A stretch of 64,000 nucleotides of DNA from an uncultured archaeon (GCA_902385225.1 CABMEU010000024.1:5606-69605); one strand, 5' to 3'. Shown: positions 53,909 through 63,458, counted from the stretch's first letter. Notes: generated by a model from the letters alone, not told the origin. Program-made: numbers and translations.

Positions 53909-54994
53909 TCAGATTTTCCTATCCACCAAATACTCGGCGAATTTCTTCAGCATTATTTTTGCATTGTTCTCTGGAAGAACTTTGTCAACTTTCTTCCACG
54001 CATCCTCAATTAATTTCTCAGCGGTTTTCTTTGAGTACGCGATTCCATCATACTTGTTAATTATATCAAGCGCTTCTTGGATTACTTTCTCGTCGCTAGT
54101 GTGCGAGTCAAGTATCTCCACTAATCTTTTCTTATCAGATGAATTTGCTTTCTCAAGTGTCCTAATAATTATTAGTGTTCTTTTTCCTTCGTGTATGTCT
54201 CCGCCTATAGAACCTTTTTTTTCCTTAAAGCTTGTTTCCGTTAATTCTAATATATCATCCTGTATCTGAAACCCCACTCCGACTATTTGCCCAAAATCTC
54301 CTAAGGCCTCGTATTGTTCCTGCGTTGCTCCGCCAACTATTGCGCCTAACTGGCAGGCGAATCTTGTGAGCACCCCAGTTTTACTTAAACACATATTCAA
54401 ATAGTGTTTTTCATTTGGAGTGAACCCGCCGTGGTGCCATGCGATGTCCCATGCCTGCCCCGAGCACACACGCAGGAGTTCTTTTGAATATAAATCATAA
54501 ATTTGTAGTTTTTTTGCGTCGCCGAGTTTGAATTCATCATTCATTATTTTTACAAGCGGCCAGTAGAACATTATTGTTCCTGTGTTTACAGCGGTATCAA
54601 CACCGAAGATTTTGTGTGTGCACGCCTTTCCTCTTCGCGCAACTGAATCGTCCTCAACATCATCCTGCATCAGCGTCCCGTTGTGAATTAGTTCAACCAT
54701 TGGGGCGAGTCTTAATGCTTCTTCCCATTTTCCTCCGACGGCTTCTGAGCAGATGCATGTCATTACCGGGCGGAATCTTTTTCCTCCGCGGTCAAGTAAA
54801 TCCCAAATCGGCTCATTTACGCCTTTAGTGTATGCTTCAAGGTCAAGCTCAAAAATGGTTTTTCCAAGAGCGTCCTCTATCCATTTTTTTGACGCCTTGC
54901 GCGGGATATAATTCTCAATCTCTTTTTCTACTTCGCCGACCTTTGATTTGAGGAATTCTTTTATCGGCATTTCGGATTCTTTTTTTGTAACCAT
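53909..54994 (-). CDS. idsA: geranylgeranyl diphosphate synthase (trans-prenyltransferase)
   Basis: LMQDDVEDD (first DDxxD) and QIQDDILE (second Asp-rich motif). Confidence 0.9.
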   Translation of the reverse strand: MVTKKESEMPIKEFLKSKVGEVEKEIENYIPRKASKKWIEDALGKTIFELDLEAYTKGVNEPIWDLLDRGGKRFRPVMTCICSEAVGGKWEEALRLAPMVELIHNGTLMQDDVEDDSVARRGKACTHKIFGVDTAVNTGTIMFYWPLVKIMNDEFKLGDAKKLQIYDLYSKELLRVCSGQAWDIAWHHGGFTPNEKHYLNMCLSKTGVLTRFACQLGAIVGGATQEQYEALGDFGQIVGVGFQIQDDILELTETSFKEKKGSIGGDIHEGKRTLIIIRTLEKANSSDKKRLVEILDSHTSDEKVIQEALDIINKYDGIAYSKKTAEKLIEDAWKKVDKVLPENNAKIMLKKFAEYLVDRKI

Positions 54995-55070
54995 ATTATC
55001 AGCTTAATAGAAAGACTTGTGGTTTAACACATTAAAAAACATATCCTCTTGAAGGAAAAGAAGGGACTAT

Positions 55071-56522
55071 TTATACCCTAAAGAGCTGTTCTTCAAATTT
55101 CTTTCCAAGGAGAAGTAAGAATTCATCAATTTTTTCAGCTGGTACGCGCGCTCCTGCGGCTACTTTGTGCCCTCCGCCTTCAACTCCCTCAATTTCTGTG
55201 CCAATCTCTTTGAGGGCTTTTCCGATATTTAGCCCGCGCCGAACGAGTATAGCGGTTCCTCTTCCTGAAACCTTCATTGTGCCGTCATTGTTCCTTGCAA
55301 GCGCAATAATTGGTTTGTTCTCGTCAATCACCGAGCCGTATAGCATACCCGCAATTATCCCAACTAGTGATTCTTCTATCTGGTCCGCCGCGTCAAAAAA
55401 ATAAAATGATTTTCTTTCATCTATTCCATGCTGATTAACAAATTCTATTCCTCTCCTTAGCGCGGTTCTATGTTCCTCAAGCATCGCAACCGCTTCGCCG
55501 AATTTTCCCGCGGGATTTCTATCACCCAAACAAATAGCAAGCCCAATTTCCGGCTTTTTGTGTCTGCCGCACGCGTTAAGCGCTGTCGCAAATTCTTTTC
55601 CATCGCGAAGCGGACTCTTTTTGGCTTCTTTTGTGAAAGCATAAGTTTCTCCAATTAATTGTTTTATTTTCCATTCCTCAACCCCCACAGAAATCATGTG
55701 GGTTATTAGAGCTGTTGAGAATATTTTTTTCTCTTCCTCTGAGAGGTCTTCATATGAGAGCCATTGCTCAGTAAATGGATCCTTAAGCGGTATCCCTATT
55801 TCCGCAAGAAACGCTTTGCAGTTATCCTCATTTGCGGTGAGTTCCGGAATTATTGGGTTTGAGGAATATGCGAGGTAAGAAACTAGTGGGCGGGAGATTC
55901 TTCCATAAAGCGCTAAATCTTTTTTTACAATTACAACTTTTGCTTCCTGCGCGATTTCAATTATTTTTCTGTTTAATCCAACTAACGCGGAGCCGGAGTT
56001 ATTGTCCTGCATGTCCCCTAGCGCACCAACAATTGCGAGCTGGGATAAATCAGCATTATTTTTATTTAGAGCCATCGCGAAAAAGAATGCGGCTCCTGCT
56101 CCTGAGAGTTCTGTTCCCCCGTTAATTCCAAACAAAAGCGGATTTGCGTGCCATTTTAATTCGAGCGGCTTTCCTTCATGCATCACTGGTTGATGATGAT
56201 CAATAATGAACAAATGCCCGTCAAATTCCTTGAGTAAATAATCCATTTGCCCCGAGCCAAAGTCAACAAATAAATAATTCTTTCCTAAGGCGCGGATTTC
56301 AGAAATATTTTCCTTATATAATTGCTTAAGACAGATGTGGGAAACCTTTTTTCCCTCGCGTTCAAGCGCCTTAATTGTGATTGCTCCGCTTGAAATCCCG
56401 TCAGCATCATAGTGATGAACCACAACTATCTCATCACGTTTCTTTATTTCGGCAGCCATTTTGTCAAGAAGAGCAAAAAACCCTTTTTCATCCCGTGCGC
56501 CAAGCGCTTCCCCGTAATGCAT
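55071..56522 (-). CDS. DHH-family phosphoesterase, archaeal RecJ/GAN-like
   Basis: VVHHYDADGISSGA, FIIDHH and GGGHKVAAG (DHHA1) motifs. Confidence 0.83.
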   Translation of the reverse strand: MHYGEALGARDEKGFFALLDKMAAEIKKRDEIVVVHHYDADGISSGAITIKALEREGKKVSHICLKQLYKENISEIRALGKNYLFVDFGSGQMDYLLKEFDGHLFIIDHHQPVMHEGKPLELKWHANPLLFGINGGTELSGAGAAFFFAMALNKNNADLSQLAIVGALGDMQDNNSGSALVGLNRKIIEIAQEAKVVIVKKDLALYGRISRPLVSYLAYSSNPIIPELTANEDNCKAFLAEIGIPLKDPFTEQWLSYEDLSEEEKKIFSTALITHMISVGVEEWKIKQLIGETYAFTKEAKKSPLRDGKEFATALNACGRHKKPEIGLAICLGDRNPAGKFGEAVAMLEEHRTALRRGIEFVNQHGIDERKSFYFFDAADQIEESLVGIIAGMLYGSVIDENKPIIALARNNDGTMKVSGRGTAILVRRGLNIGKALKEIGTEIEGVEGGGHKVAAGARVPAEKIDEFLLLLGKKFEEQLFRV

Positions 56523-56653
56523 AATATATTCTTATTTTGGAGGTGTTAAAAGAGTTAGGTTAGCTGCGTGCCGGGCAATTATTGCAAGCGCAAAAACAGC
56601 TCATTTCGAGTTTGAACCAAGCATATTTTAACCATTAATTTTCTAATTTTATT

Positions 56654-57967
56654 ATGGTTTTCGGCGGGTTAAAGGGATTTTTCTCAAAAAAAGAGGAATC
56701 TCCTTTCATTAAGATTGAAATAGAGCAAGTGCCTATGCTCATTGAGAAGGAATTCTTGCTCAAAAAGAGCGCGCTTGAGGATTTCTCTGCGAAAAAAATA
56801 GCGGAAGCAAAGTATGTTCATGGCAAAAGTTCCGCGCTTCTTGAGTTAATTTCAAATCAGGAGCTTGAGGGAAAGGCAAATGAAAGATTAAACAAAGCCG
56901 CTCTCACTTCAAAGAAACAGCTTGAGAATCAGCTGCGAAAACTGCTTGAAAAAATTAATCCGGAGAATAGGGGAACTACGCTTGATGATGCCAGAAAGTA
57001 TGCGGGGGAAGCAAACGCGCTTCTTGTCAATGAAATTGTGGGATTAAGGAAAAACATTGCATACACTAGTATTTACTTTAAGGATGAAATGAAGGCGCTT
57101 GGGGAGAATTTGCAGGAACTGCTTAATGATTTTAGCGCGATGAATAAGGAATTCGCGCAAGCCTCGGAGTTATTTGAATTTGAAAAAACAAAAGCTCTTG
57201 TCGGAGCGGTGATAAAAAAGAAGAAGAATATTGAGGAAAAAGAGGAAGCGCTGCAAAAAGCTGAGAGCGAGATTGGGGCTGTTGAAAGAAAATCCTCTGA
57301 ACAAAAAAACAGGCTTGTTGAGAAGCAATCGGGGAGCGAATTTGTAAAAGCGAGAGAGCTTGATGAGCAAATGAATAAATTAATGGGGGAGAAGCAGGAG
57401 CTCAAAACCGAAATCAGCACTCTGTTAATTAATATTGACAGGCCTATGCAGAGATTTCGGCAGTTAGTTGACTCGGGGAGATGGAAACTGCCTAAAGAAG
57501 AAAAGGATATGCTTGAGCAGTTCATTACTAACCCAATCCTTGCGCTGAAAAAAGACCCCCGCGCGGATATATTCAAAAAAGTTTTAGGCGAAGTTGTCGC
57601 CGCAATACAAGAAGGGGAAATTGAGCTAAAGGACAGGGAGAAAGAGAAGCGCCTTGAGGCACTGCAGGAAATAATTAACTTTGATTTCTTCGGAAAAGTA
57701 TTTTGGAAAATGAACGAGATACAAAAAAAACAGGACGAGCTGAACAAAATAATTGCCGAGAATAACGCTAAGAAGGATATTGCGAAAGAAGAGGACGCGC
57801 TAAAAGAACTCGGAAGAGTCGGAACTGAATTATCTGAGAAAAAAGAGTTCGCGAAAAAAGACCTTGAGAATGCAAGGCGCGAAATTGCGAATGAATTAGC
57901 TCAAATCAAAAAGTTTGCTGAAAAGGTTTTAGGAAAAACAATTATTTTTGAAGAAGAAGCGTTTTAG
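56654..57967 (+). CDS. hypothetical 437-aa coiled-coil protein
   Basis: Long Glu/Lys/Leu-rich heptad-like sequence throughout. No enzymatic motif seen. Confidence 0.55.
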   Translation: MVFGGLKGFFSKKEESPFIKIEIEQVPMLIEKEFLLKKSALEDFSAKKIAEAKYVHGKSSALLELISNQELEGKANERLNKAALTSKKQLENQLRKLLEKINPENRGTTLDDARKYAGEANALLVNEIVGLRKNIAYTSIYFKDEMKALGENLQELLNDFSAMNKEFAQASELFEFEKTKALVGAVIKKKKNIEEKEEALQKAESEIGAVERKSSEQKNRLVEKQSGSEFVKARELDEQMNKLMGEKQELKTEISTLLINIDRPMQRFRQLVDSGRWKLPKEEKDMLEQFITNPILALKKDPRADIFKKVLGEVVAAIQEGEIELKDREKEKRLEALQEIINFDFFGKVFWKMNEIQKKQDELNKIIAENNAKKDIAKEEDALKELGRVGTELSEKKEFAKKDLENARREIANELAQIKKFAEKVLGKTIIFEEEAF

Positions 57968-57980
57968 GAGCTGAGGAAAT

Positions 57981-58439
57981 TTGAAAAAGCAAATTGTTGT
58001 TGCCGCTTCGGGATATTTTGATCCATTGCACATTGGGCATGTGGAGTATCTTGAATTAGCAAAGAAGCTCGGGGACAAACTTGTTGTTATAGTTAATAAT
58101 GACGAACAGTGCAGGCTGAAAAAAGGCTTTGTTTTTATGCCCCAGGAAGAGCGAATGAAAATAATTGCGGCGCTAAAGCCAGTGGATGAAGTTGTTTTAA
58201 GCATTGATAAAGAAAAGTTTGGTATTCATGTTCCTGTTTCAAAAACACTTGAAATGATAAACCCTAATATTTTCGCAAAAGGCGGGGATAGGCATTCGGG
58301 AGAAATTCCTGAAGGTCCGGTATGCAAAAAACTTGGAATTAAGATTGTTGATGGGCTCGGAAAAAAAATTCAAGCATCCTCTGAGCTTGTGAAAAGAGCA
58401 CGGGAAATTGAGCAAAATAATGCCAAAAAAACTCCTTGA
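57981..58439 (+). CDS. cytidylyltransferase-family nucleotidyltransferase (RfaE-II/RibL-like)
   Basis: AASGYFDPLHIGHVEYL (HxGH motif). 152 aa. TTG start preceded by GGAG..GAGG. Confidence 0.78.
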   Translation: MKKQIVVAASGYFDPLHIGHVEYLELAKKLGDKLVVIVNNDEQCRLKKGFVFMPQEERMKIIAALKPVDEVVLSIDKEKFGIHVPVSKTLEMINPNIFAKGGDRHSGEIPEGPVCKKLGIKIVDGLGKKIQASSELVKRAREIEQNNAKKTP

Positions 58440-58546
58440 AAATTCTCCGCTATTTAACCAAAACCCCAATTAAAACGCATTTTAGAGCCAATTTAAGCCA
58501 AACCAAAAAGCCCTTTTTTTAAGCATTTCCCACTGAATAGTTATGT

Positions 58547-59131
58547 ATGAATTCGGAGAACGAAATTAAGCTCTGCAAGTACTTGCTTGAAAAATACGCG
58601 GATATAATTAACGAGCGCGAGAAGCGCACTATTGGGGAAATTAAGGGGCTTGTTGATGGGAATGACCTTTCTATCCAGTCCTTTGTTGAGGATTTTAAGG
58701 GGGCGGCGTACTCTTTCCAAAATGATTATGAGAAAGCGCTCCGCACTGCATTTGATTTTGTTAAAAAAGAGATTAATTTTGTTGATGCTGAGCTTAATGT
58801 GAACTATTGGCTCGCCCCAAGAGAAATACTTGAACTAAAAGTCGCTGATGATGAGGACCTCGCGGTATTCCTCTGCGCCGTAATGAAAGCGCTTGGGGAT
58901 GATAAAGCGGAAGTGATAATTGCGGAGCTTGATAATTTAAGGACACACGCATTTGTGCTTACTGAGCTTGGAGAAAAAGCGCTTCTGCTTGACCCCGCGC
59001 AGGAACACAGCTTTGAGGATTACCTTGATACAAAAGTTGAGATACTTAAAAAATATGCTTTTCAGAAACAAAAAATCAAGAGATTCCTTTACAGGTTCAA
59101 TTCCGAGAAATACGAGCAGTTTTTGGAATAA
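58547..59131 (+). CDS. hypothetical protein with a possible transglutaminase-like fold
   Basis: YWLAPREIL...LAVFLCAVMKALG...THAFVL...LLDP loosely follows the Cys/His/Asp core order of transglutaminase-like proteins. The match is weak. Confidence 0.4.
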   Translation: MNSENEIKLCKYLLEKYADIINEREKRTIGEIKGLVDGNDLSIQSFVEDFKGAAYSFQNDYEKALRTAFDFVKKEINFVDAELNVNYWLAPREILELKVADDEDLAVFLCAVMKALGDDKAEVIIAELDNLRTHAFVLTELGEKALLLDPAQEHSFEDYLDTKVEILKKYAFQKQKIKRFLYRFNSEKYEQFLE

Positions 59132-59217
59132 AAACCGCTTCCCTTTGGAAGCCTTTGGCAGGTTTTTTAAATCATACTAATCAGGAATACCTTTGCTAAA
59201 CTGGTGAAGAAATGGCA

Positions 59218-59243
59218 TCGAGAATTGCAGTGGCAATTCGAGA
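59218..59243. promoter_or_regulatory. imperfect palindrome upstream of the ferredoxin-GGR pair
   Basis: tcgaGAATTGC-agtg-GCAATTCgaga has 7-bp perfect arms. It contains the GGCAATT core also found in the 46-bp modules. An AT-rich GATAAATAAAAATA follows. Confidence 0.35.
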
Positions 59244-59264
59244 TAAATAAAAATAGTGATTTTT

Positions 59265-59450
59265 ATGGTAGCAAAAAATAATTCAAATAAGTGCGCTTAT
59301 TGCGGTGCGTGCGTAGGCATCTGCCCTGTTGCGGCTATTGTGCTAAAGGATACAAGAATTTTTATTGATGAGAAGAAATGTATTTCCTGCGGGTCTTGCG
59401 TAAAAATCTGCCCTGTTGGAGCGATGAGCCTTGAAATTAAAAAGAAGTAA
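59265..59450 (+). CDS. 2x[4Fe-4S] ferredoxin
   Basis: CAYCGACVGICP and CISCGSCVKICP. ATG 59265 is preceded by GTGATTTTT. Confidence 0.85.
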   Translation: MVAKNNSNKCAYCGACVGICPVAAIVLKDTRIFIDEKKCISCGSCVKICPVGAMSLEIKKK

Positions 59451-59475
59451 CCAAAAAATGCTTGAAGTGATTTTG

Positions 59476-60696
59476 ATGACTGGAAAAGAAATTGTTTATG
59501 ATGTAATAATTGCTGGTGCGGGTCCTGCCGGGCTTGCAGCTGGAATTGAGCTTGCTAAAGGAAAAGCGAATGTGCTCATACTTGATAGAAAACAGGAAAT
59601 CGGCTGCCCAAAGAGATGCGCTGAAGGGTTAAGCAACTCCTGGTTTAACATAATGAAATTAACTCCTAACCCAGAGTGGGCTGTTCAAAAAATTAAGGGT
59701 GCTGTTCTTTGGGCGCCTAATGGGAAGAGCGTAAAAATGAAGGATAAAAAAGAACTTGGGTATGTGCTTGAGAGAAAAATGTTTGAAAAACATCTCGCAA
59801 TTGAAGCTGCTAAACTTGGCGCAAAAATTCTTCTAAAGCACCAAATCATTGAAGCGAAAAGAGAGAACGGGATTGTTACATTAAAAGTTGAGGTTCATGA
59901 CCATGTTGAGGAATTCAAAGCAAAAATGGTTATTGCCTGCGACGGAATTGATTCGCTTGTAGCGCGAATGCTTGGGCTTAATACTGCAAATAATCTAAAG
60001 GACACTGATTCGGGTTACCAATACGAAATGACAAACATTTCAGGGTACGATGAGGATTGTCTTCACATGTATTTTGGTAATGAAGTTGCACCAAGAGGAT
60101 ATATTTGGATTTTCCCAAAAAGAGATGGTACTGCAAATGTTGGAATCGGAATAGGGGCATATGTTTCAGCTGAAACCAAAATTAACGCTAAAGGGTATCT
60201 TGACAGATGGATTGAGAAGCAGCCCGGGCTCAAAGACGGTTCAATTATAGAAGTTAATGCGGGAGGAATTCCTGTTGGCGGATTCCTTGAGAAAATGGAT
60301 GCTGATAATTTGCTCGTAGCTGGAGACGCGGGGCACATGGTTGATCCTATCCACGGCGGGGGAATTGGTATCGCAATGGAAGGCGGAAGACTCGCAGCGC
60401 AAGTTGCGCTCAAAGCAGTTAAAGCGAATGATTATACTTCAAAGACGCTTGGAACTTACACTAAAGAATGGTTCACACTTAGAGGAAACAAACTCAAAAC
60501 AAGATTAAAATCAAGGCACTTGCTTGAACACTTAAGCGATGATGATTTCAATTATTTAGCTGAAAGCATCACGATGGACGAAGCTTTGAAGATTGGAAAC
60601 GGCTCATTGTCAAAGTCAGAGAAAGTAATGCTATTCACAATAAAACTAATCAAGAGACCAAAACTCATTGCGATAATGAAGAAGTTCTTTGTTTAA
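59476..60696 (+). CDS. geranylgeranyl reductase (digeranylgeranylglycerophospholipid reductase family)
   Basis: YDVIIAGAGPAGLAAG FAD fold, RCAEGL, and the GDAGHMVDPIHGGGI motif. ATG 59476 is preceded by GTGATTTTG. Confidence 0.92.
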   Translation: MTGKEIVYDVIIAGAGPAGLAAGIELAKGKANVLILDRKQEIGCPKRCAEGLSNSWFNIMKLTPNPEWAVQKIKGAVLWAPNGKSVKMKDKKELGYVLERKMFEKHLAIEAAKLGAKILLKHQIIEAKRENGIVTLKVEVHDHVEEFKAKMVIACDGIDSLVARMLGLNTANNLKDTDSGYQYEMTNISGYDEDCLHMYFGNEVAPRGYIWIFPKRDGTANVGIGIGAYVSAETKINAKGYLDRWIEKQPGLKDGSIIEVNAGGIPVGGFLEKMDADNLLVAGDAGHMVDPIHGGGIGIAMEGGRLAAQVALKAVKANDYTSKTLGTYTKEWFTLRGNKLKTRLKSRHLLEHLSDDDFNYLAESITMDEALKIGNGSLSKSEKVMLFTIKLIKRPKLIAIMKKFFV

Positions 60697-60710
60697 GATT
60701 TCTAAAAAGC

Positions 60711-61424
60711 TTACTGAACTCTTCGTGCAATCACAACATCATGGTGCCAGATTTTTTTATAATCTCCTTGGCTGTAATACCACGGCCGGCATTCAACTTC
60801 AAAGCGCATCCCTTCTGTTTCAATAACTGATTTTCCGTGCGGACCAAATGTTTCATAATTTATGTCCGTGACGAGCGTTCCTCCGACTTTTAGAACTGGA
60901 AGAATTTGCCTTATATATTCTGGTGCTCTTTCATAAAGGTGAAGAATTCCCAAATTGGAATATAGAATATCTACACTGCCTTTCTTGAAATATCTGCGAA
61001 ACAAACTGTGTTTAGAAAATATATATCTTGCCTTATCATCAGAAAGCCATTCTTGGTAAGAAACATCTGAAAAGCCATAAGCTTTTACGCTTGGAAATTT
61101 TTTAGTAATACTTCCTAATGCAACTCCTCTCGCACAGCCAAAATCAACGACTACTGGTCGCCCTCCGCCCGCAACTTTTAAGGAAATCTCCCGTCCTAAT
61201 TTGAACCCCAAATTTTTCTGAACATCCGCAAAAGTGGTTGATTCTGATGGCCAGGGTGTTTTTGAGTCTGGAAGAAGCCTTGATGGTTTTACTTCCCTTC
61301 TGCGCCCCCAAGCCTCAACTTCACCGAATTTCAAAAACCCAGCCCTTGTTCGCCTGCCTTTCTCGCCAATAGTTCTTCCTTTCCCAAAAACAAAATGATT
61401 GCGGGACGAATTTGATGCTTGCAT
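60711..61424 (-). CDS. class I SAM-dependent methyltransferase-like protein with a basic N-terminal extension (paralog 1)
   Basis: VVVDFGCARGVAL (motif I), YGFS, DILYSNLG and LKVGGTLV. Homologous to 62582-63304. Confidence 0.7.
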   Translation of the reverse strand: MQASNSSRNHFVFGKGRTIGEKGRRTRAGFLKFGEVEAWGRRREVKPSRLLPDSKTPWPSESTTFADVQKNLGFKLGREISLKVAGGGRPVVVDFGCARGVALGSITKKFPSVKAYGFSDVSYQEWLSDDKARYIFSKHSLFRRYFKKGSVDILYSNLGILHLYERAPEYIRQILPVLKVGGTLVTDINYETFGPHGKSVIETEGMRFEVECRPWYYSQGDYKKIWHHDVVIARRVQ

Positions 61425-61475
61425 ATATAATGTTTGCTACATCAAAATTTAATTGTTTCCAAACACTACTTCTTC

Positions 61476-62585
61476 ATGGAAAACGAGAAAGCAATTCAGC
61501 TAAGCAACCTTACGCTTAAGCACTTGGTAGCGGAGCTTAAGTTCCTTGAGAATGGGTTTGTGAATAATGTGCAAACACTCGAGAACGGCTGGATGAAAAT
61601 GAAGGTGCATACTAAGCAGGGGGATAAGAATCTCGTGCTTACGCCTAACGCGTTGTTCATATCCAACTACTCGCTCCAAGCAAAATCAAGCCCTGGCGGG
61701 TTCTCCGCACTGCTCAAAAAATATTTAGACAATCAGAGAATTATTTCGCTCGCCCAGCGCTCCGCTGACAGAATTGTGGTTTTTGAATTTCCAAGTGTGT
61801 TTATGATACTTGAGCTCTTCGCAAAAGGAAATGTAATTCTTTGTGATAAAGAAATGAAAATAATTAAAGCAATGCGAAGGGAAGAGTGGAAGGATAGAAA
61901 ACTTGAGCAGAACGAGGAGTACAAATACCCAAGTTCAAAGGGAATTAATCCTGTTGAGGAAACCCAGAAAGAGTTTGACAAGAAACTCGCTGAAAACAAA
62001 AAAACTTTCTTTGGTGCGTGCGTGGATATACTCAATACTTCCCCAGCGATACTTGAATATGTTTTTGATGAGCTAAAACTTGATAAGAAAAAGAATGCGG
62101 CTGAAGCAACCGCTGCAGAAGCAAAGAAGCTCCTAAAGAAAATGCAGGAGATTTACAATAGCCCCGCGAAAAAAGCTTTCTTAATCGAGGGTGCGCTTTA
62201 TACTACTGAAATAGGAAAACCAAAGGATAAGGAATTTGAAAGTGTTAGCTCCGCACTTAACGCTCTGCTGCTTAATGAGGAAGTAAAGGAAAATGCGATG
62301 GCGCTTACTAAGGAAGCCAAAGTGGAAAAGGAGAGCAAATACGAAAAAGAGAAGCGCGCAAAGGAAAACCAAATGAAGGGACTTGAAGAACAAGCTAAGC
62401 AGGCACAGGAAAAGGGAGAACAAATTTATCTCAAGTACAATGAACTCAAGGAACTTGTTGAAGCGGTGAAGAAGGGAAAAGCGAAGGGGTTAACTGAAAA
62501 AGAAATCGTGGAGAAGATTAACTCAAAGAAGAAATTAATTAAGGAACTTGACTTTAAGAAAAATAAGCTTGTTGTTATGGATTAA
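61476..62585 (+). CDS. NFACT-N (FbpA/Rqc2 N-terminal) domain protein with a coiled coil, lacking the NFACT-R/DUF814 part
   Basis: LKHLVAELKFLENGFV, DRIVVFEF and ELFAKGNVILCD are the typical NFACT-N blocks, followed by a Lys/Glu coiled coil. It is only about 369 aa. Confidence 0.72.
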   Translation: MENEKAIQLSNLTLKHLVAELKFLENGFVNNVQTLENGWMKMKVHTKQGDKNLVLTPNALFISNYSLQAKSSPGGFSALLKKYLDNQRIISLAQRSADRIVVFEFPSVFMILELFAKGNVILCDKEMKIIKAMRREEWKDRKLEQNEEYKYPSSKGINPVEETQKEFDKKLAENKKTFFGACVDILNTSPAILEYVFDELKLDKKKNAAEATAAEAKKLLKKMQEIYNSPAKKAFLIEGALYTTEIGKPKDKEFESVSSALNALLLNEEVKENAMALTKEAKVEKESKYEKEKRAKENQMKGLEEQAKQAQEKGEQIYLKYNELKELVEAVKKGKAKGLTEKEIVEKINSKKKLIKELDFKKNKLVVMD

Positions 62586-63304
62586 TTCAAAACTTTGATG
62601 TGGACTGAATTGTTAATTAGTGTTACTTTACATTTTCGCCCATTAATGAGCGCGTGCCCCCAGTATCTTGTTGTCGTTACTCCGTCTTTTTTTAAATAAG
62701 CTGCTTGCTTTCTAATACCCCTCGGGATAAGTTCATAAAATCTAAACATTGATGACGGCAAAATATTTGCAACCATCTCACCGCCTGTCCTAAGAACTGG
62801 GATTAGGGAAAGCACATAATCGGGCTTTGTGTGCCACAACCCAAAGTTTGAGTAAATTAAATCAGCTGAGTTTTTCTTAAAATAACGCTTAAAATCTTTT
62901 TCCTGGGCGTGAATCAGTCGAACATTAGTTTGTTTTGTATCCCACGAAGGATACGCTTGATTGCTAAACCCATAAAACTTTGCCTGCTTGCAGGAAGAAG
63001 CAAGTTCTTCTAAAGCAACTCCTGCACCACAACCCCAATCAACTACAACCGGCGTTCTGCCTTTTTTCCCCACACCACTTATTAGCGATTTTATCTTGTT
63101 TTTTAGAGGAAAATGCAATTCCCCTTCTATTTTTTCAACTGATGAATATTCCATCCACCCGCGTCGGCGTACTTTTTGAACTTGTCTGAGTCGCCCTCTC
63201 TTTTTAACTAAAATTTCAATCCGCTCATCAGGCCATAATCGCGTCAAATTTCGTCTAAGCCGTGTTGGTCCAGCATATAATTTTTTTCCACCATAAACGG
63301 GCAT
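62582..63304 (-). CDS. class I SAM-dependent methyltransferase-like protein with a basic N-terminal extension (paralog 2)
   Basis: VVVDWGCGAGVAL, YGFS, FKRYFKKNSADLIYSNFG and LRTGGEMV. ATG 63304 is preceded by GTGGT. Its 3' end overlaps the NFACT gene end by 4 nt. Confidence 0.7.
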   Translation of the reverse strand: MPVYGGKKLYAGPTRLRRNLTRLWPDERIEILVKKRGRLRQVQKVRRRGWMEYSSVEKIEGELHFPLKNKIKSLISGVGKKGRTPVVVDWGCGAGVALEELASSCKQAKFYGFSNQAYPSWDTKQTNVRLIHAQEKDFKRYFKKNSADLIYSNFGLWHTKPDYVLSLIPVLRTGGEMVANILPSSMFRFYELIPRGIRKQAAYLKKDGVTTTRYWGHALINGRKCKVTLINNSVHIKVLN

Positions 63305-63458
63305 CAAACCACTAAGTATAATTAGACGTCGTCAGATATAAAATCAGCCGTTGGATAGAAAGAACCAAAAAACCCAAATAAACATAACCCAACTTCTTCA
63401 AGTAAGCACTCTTTTCTCAAGAAAAAATTATCGCCTTTCTTCAAGGCCTGTAACAACC

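Noticed and set aside
61329-61355. Twin-arginine (Tat) signal-like RRTRAGFLK in methyltransferase paralog 1
   Set aside because: The spacing does not fit RRxFLK, and no hydrophobic h-region or cleavage site follows. The region is simply Arg-rich.
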